Assembly: GCF_028368995.1 (NCBI RefSeq)
Contig: NZ_JAQNDL010000003.1
Coordinates: 1,120,001-1,184,000, forward strand
Direction: 5' to 3'
Origin: Nannocystis bainbridge
GTDB taxonomy: Bacteria > Myxococcota_A > Polyangia > Nannocystales > Nannocystaceae
Length of the DNA: 64,000 nucleotides
Made by a program: the position numbers and the translations under genes. Each line of letters begins with the position of its first letter. The stretch's first letter is position 1. The notes under the pieces are model-generated. The model was given only the letters and a program-made list of their open reading frames with translations. It ran no database searches and was not told the origin of the DNA. Below are positions 55,772 through 64,000 of the stretch, one piece after another.

Positions 55772-58700
55772 ACGTGACACAGCTCCTCAACGAACTGGCG
55801 CAGCAGAACATCCGCATCGCCGCCGACGGCGACGACCTCACCGTGCGGGCGCCTCGCGGCGCGCTGACCCCGTGGCTGCGCGAGCAATTGCAGCAGCACA
55901 AGCCAGCGATCCTCACCCTGCTGCGCCGCGACATCCCGGCAGGCGACCAGCCGGCCATCCCGCGCGTCACCCCCGACCTCGCCGCGCGCCACGAGCCGTT
56001 CCCGCTGACCGACATCCAGCAGGCCTACTGGGTCGGCCGCATGTCCGAGTTCGATCAGGGCGACGTCTCGATTCACTTCTACGTCGAGGTCGACGGCCAG
56101 CACCTCGACCTGCCGCGCCTCGAGACGGCCTGGAACCGCATGGTGCGGCGCCACGACATGCTGCACTCGGTCGTCGCCGCCGACGGCCGCCAGCGGATCT
56201 TGGAGCAGGTCCCCGACTATCACTTCGTCGTCGCCGACCTGCGTGAGCGCTCCGCCGCCGAAGTCGAGGCCGCCCTCGCCGCCGTGCACGACGAGCTCTC
56301 GCACCAGGTGCTGCCGAACGACCGCTGGCCGGCCTTTGAGATCCGCGCCTCGCTCCTGCCCGGCGGCGTCACTCGCCTCCACCTCAGCGTCGACCTCGTC
56401 AACATGGACGGCGGCAGCCTCATGCTGCTGCTCGACGAGTGGACCCGCGTCTACTTCGACCCGCACACTTCGCTCGAGCCGCTCGAGCTGTCGTACCGCG
56501 ATTACGTGCTCGCCGAGCTCGAGCTGCGCAAGACCCCGGCCTACCAGCAGTCGCTCGCCTACTGGAAGCAGCGCGTGCCGCAGCTGCCGCCCGCGCCCGA
56601 GCTGGTGACCGTCGGCGGCGAGCGCCAGCGGACCCGCTTCGTCCACAAGACCGCCAAGATCGAGCGCGCCGTGTGGGAGCGCCTCAAGGCCGCCGCGACC
56701 GCCCGCGACCTGACCGTCTCGTCGGTGCTCGCGGCCGCCTACGCCGAGGTCCTGGCCGCGTGGGGCAAGGGCCCCGACTTCACCCTCAACGTCACCCTGT
56801 TCAACCGCCTGCCGGTGCACCCGCAGGTCGACGCGATCCTCGGCGACTTCACCTCGATGATCCTGCTCGGCGTCGAGGGCTCGGCCCACGCCGAGTTCGA
56901 GGCGCGCGCGCGGGCGATCCAGCAGCAGCTGTGGCACGACCTCGAGCACCACGAGGTCAGCGGCATCGAGGTCCTGCGCGAGCTGGCGCGGGTGCGCCAG
57001 CAATACGGCGGCGCGATCATGCCGATCGTCTTCACCAACATGTTGAACCTCGGCGCCAAGGGCTTCGCCCCGCTCTACACCGCGCTCGAGCGGCTCGGCA
57101 GCGTCGCCTTCATCCTCACCCAGACCCCGCAGGTGTGGCTCGACTACCAGGTCCACGAGGACGCCGAGGGCCTGCGCCTGACCTGGGACGCGGTCGAGGG
57201 CCTGTTCCCGGCCGGCATGGTCGACGACATGTTGACCGCCCACTGCCGCCTGCTGCGCCGCCTCGCCGACGACGAGCAGGCCTGGCGCGGCCCGCTGGTC
57301 CTCGTCTCGCCTGACCACGTGGCCATGTGCGAGGCCGCCAACCGGACCGAGGCCGCGGTCCCCGAAGTCCTGCTGCACCGCCTGTTCGAGGCCCAGGTCC
57401 CGCGCCGCCCCGATCACCCGGCCGTGGTCGCCGGCGGCCGCACGCTCACCTACGCCGAGCTGCACCGCCGCGCCTGCCAGGTCGGCAACCGCCTGCGCGC
57501 GCTCGGGGCCGTGCCCGACGCCCTGGTGGCGATCGTCATGGACAAGGGCTGGGAGCAGGTCGTCGCCGCGCTCGGCATCCACATGGCCGGCGCCGCCTAC
57601 GTCCCGATCGATCCGTCGGTCCCGCCGGCGCGGCTGCATCACCTGCTCGCCCACGCCGAGGTCAAGCTGGTGCTCACCCAGTCGCACCTCGACGCTCGCC
57701 TCGCCTGGCCGGCCGGCGTGCAGCGCCTGCGCATCGACGGCGACGATTTCCTGCGCGACGACGACGCCCCGCTGGTCCCCGCGCAGCGGCCCGGCGACCT
57801 CGCCTACGTGCTCTACACCTCCGGCTCGACCGGCCAGCCCAAGGGCGTGATGATCGAGCAGCGCAGCGTCGTGAACCGCATGCTCGACGTGGGCCAGCGC
57901 GCCGGCGTCGGGCCCGACGACCGCTGCCTCGCGCTCACCGCCCTTCATCACGACCTCTCGGTGTGGGACATCTTCGGCGTGCTCGCGGCCGGCGCCACCA
58001 TCGTCGTGCCCGACGCCGCCGCCGTGCGCGATCCGGCCAGCTGGACCGCGCTCATGCGGCGCGAGCGGGTCACCCTGTGGAACTCCGTGCCCGCCTTCCT
58101 CGAGATGCTCGTCGAGCACCTCGAGCACGCCGCCGACGACGTCCCCGAGGCCCTGCGGTGGGTCATCCTCGCCGGTGACTGGATCCCCGTCGGCCTGCCC
58201 GACCGCCTGCGCGCCCACCTCCCGCGGGTCGCCATGGTCGCCTCCGGCGGCCCGACCGAGACCACCATCTGGGACATCTGGTACCCGATCGGCGCCGTCG
58301 ATCCGGCCTGGCGCAGCATCCCCTACGGCCGGCCCATGACCGGCAGCCGCTACCACGTGCTCGACCCCGCCCTGCGCCCGTGCCCGGCCCAGGTCCCCGG
58401 CGAGCTCTACATCGGCGGCGTCGGCCTGGCGCGCGGCTACTGGCGCGACGAGGCCCGCACCGCCGCCGCCTTCGTCGTCCACCCCGTCACCGGCGAGCGC
58501 CTCTATCGCAGCGGCGACCTCGGGCGGTGGTTGCCCGACGGCAACATCGAGTTCCTCGGCCGCGCCGACAACCAGGTCAAGGTCGGCGGCGTGCGCATCG
58601 AGCTCGAGGAGATCGAGGCCGAGCTCGGGCGTCACCCGCAGGTCCGCGGCTGCGCCGTGGTCGTCAAGGGCGAGCCCGGCGGCGCGCGTCACCTGGTCGC

Positions 58701-59959
58701 CTTCGTCGTCCCGAACGAGACCGAGGCCGACGCCGACACCGACGCCGACACCGAAGCTCCGCGCCCGCACGGGGCCGACCCCGGCCTCGACGCTCCTGCC
58801 GCCAAGCTCGAGTTCAAGCTGCGTCACCTCGAGCTGCGCGACGACCTCGCGGACCGGCCCGCCGTCGCCCTGCCCGAGCTCGCCGGCGACCCCCTGTCCG
58901 ACCTCGTGGCGGCCCGTCGCAGCCGCCGCAGCTTCCGCCCCGACCCCGTCCCCTTGACCGCGATCGCCGGCCTGCTCGCCGGCCTGCGCGCCCGCCGTCA
59001 CGACGACCTCGTGCGCCGCGGCTACCCCTCGGCCGGCAGCCTCTACCCTGTCCAAACGTACATGTTCGTAAAGCCAGGTCGCATCGACGGCCTCGAGGGT
59101 GGCGCCTACCACTACGACCCCGAAGCCCACCGCCTCGTCCGCCTCGGCGACGACCTCCCCGGCCCCGGCATGCACGCCCCCGTCAACCGCCCCGCCTTCA
59201 CCAGCGCCGCCTTCTCGCTGCTCCTGGTCGGCCAGCTGCGGGCCATCGAGCCGCTCTACGGCGCCCAGGCCCGCGATTTCTGCCTGCTCGAGGCCGGCTA
59301 CGCCAGCCAGAGCTTGATGCTGGCCGCCGAGCAGCACGGCCTCGGCCTGTGCCCGATCGGCGGCCTCGACGACGCCGCCCTGCGCGGCCCGCTGGCCCTC
59401 GACGACGGCCACGTCGTCCTTCACAGCCACGTCGGCGGCCTGCCCGACGCCGCCGCCGCCCCGCCGGCCGGCCCGCTCGGCCCCGCCGGCCTGCGCGCCC
59501 ACCTGCGCACGCGCCTGCCCGAGGCCCTGGTGCCCGCCACCTACGTCCTCGTCGACGCCCTGCCGCGCACCGCCAACGGCAAGCTCGACCGCCGGGCCCT
59601 CGCCGCCCGCGACGTCAACGACACCGCCGCCCCCGCCGCGGCCGCCAGCGGCCTCGAGGAGCGCGTCGCCGCCATCGTCGCCGAGGTCCTGCAGCTGCCT
59701 CGCATCGAGCGCGACCAGAACTTCTTCGAGCTCGGCGCCACCTCCGTCCACCTGGTCCGGATCGCCGGCCGCCTGCGCACCGAGCTGGGTTGCCAGGTCA
59801 CCGTCACCACCCTGTTCCGGGCCGCCACCGTGCGCGTGCTCGCCGGCCAGCTCGAGGTCGGCGCCGCCGAGGAGGCCGCCGCCCAGCTCCAACAACAGGC
59901 GCAGGGCCGCGTCGAGGCCCGCCTGGCCGCGCGAGGCCGTCGCGGCCGCGGAGGCAGCG

Positions 59960-59967
<8 letters not shown>
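55768..59967 (+). CDS. NRPS: docking - heterocyclization (Cy) - A with embedded oxidase - PCP (azole-forming, EpoB-like layout)
   Basis: ATGA overlap; N-terminal docking LLNELAQQNIRIAADGDDLTVRAPRG; FPLTDIQQAYWVGR, DLVNMDGGS (DxxxxD); YTSGSTGQPKG; Ox RRSRRSF..YPSAGSLYPV; PCP FFELGATS. Confidence 0.95.

Positions 59968-64000
<4,033 letters not shown>

Overview
Very GC-rich myxobacterial DNA, most like Nannocystis/Nannocystaceae (inferred from a MYXO-CTERM tail, ADYC-domain lipoproteins, Ser/Thr kinase-TPR receptors, Thr/Ser-linker lipoproteins and the gene cluster type). The left ~42 kb is an accessory patchwork. It holds about 14 predicted lipoproteins, a Cys-type sulfatase with a coupled formylglycine-generating enzyme, TetR/SDR, a doubly broken LysR/FAD-monooxygenase pair, SMI1/KNR4, a catalytically dead trypsin, a beta/gamma-crystallin protein, an ECF sigma factor and several gene scraps. 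Two mirror-image units each pair a membrane Ser/Thr kinase-TPR gene head-to-head with an ADYC lipoprotein gene. Both ADYC genes have an upstream GCAATTG-N17/18-ACT element, and an ECF sigma with no adjacent anti-sigma lies next to one kinase. This is my best candidate for an undescribed signalling system. The right ~21.5 kb (42.6 kb to the end) is the start of a chloropyrrole PKS/NRPS cluster: methyltransferase, prolyl-PCP dehydrogenase, Pro adenylation enzyme, PCP, halogenase, AT-less KS-ACP, KS-AT-DH-KR-ACP, Cy-A-Ox-PCP and KS-AT-DH (truncated by the window). Its logic matches pyrronazol-type compounds, and it carries four in-frame tandem-repeat insertions. I saw no rRNA, tRNA, CRISPR array or intact transposase/integrase. 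All calls are by-eye motif recognition; no searches were run.
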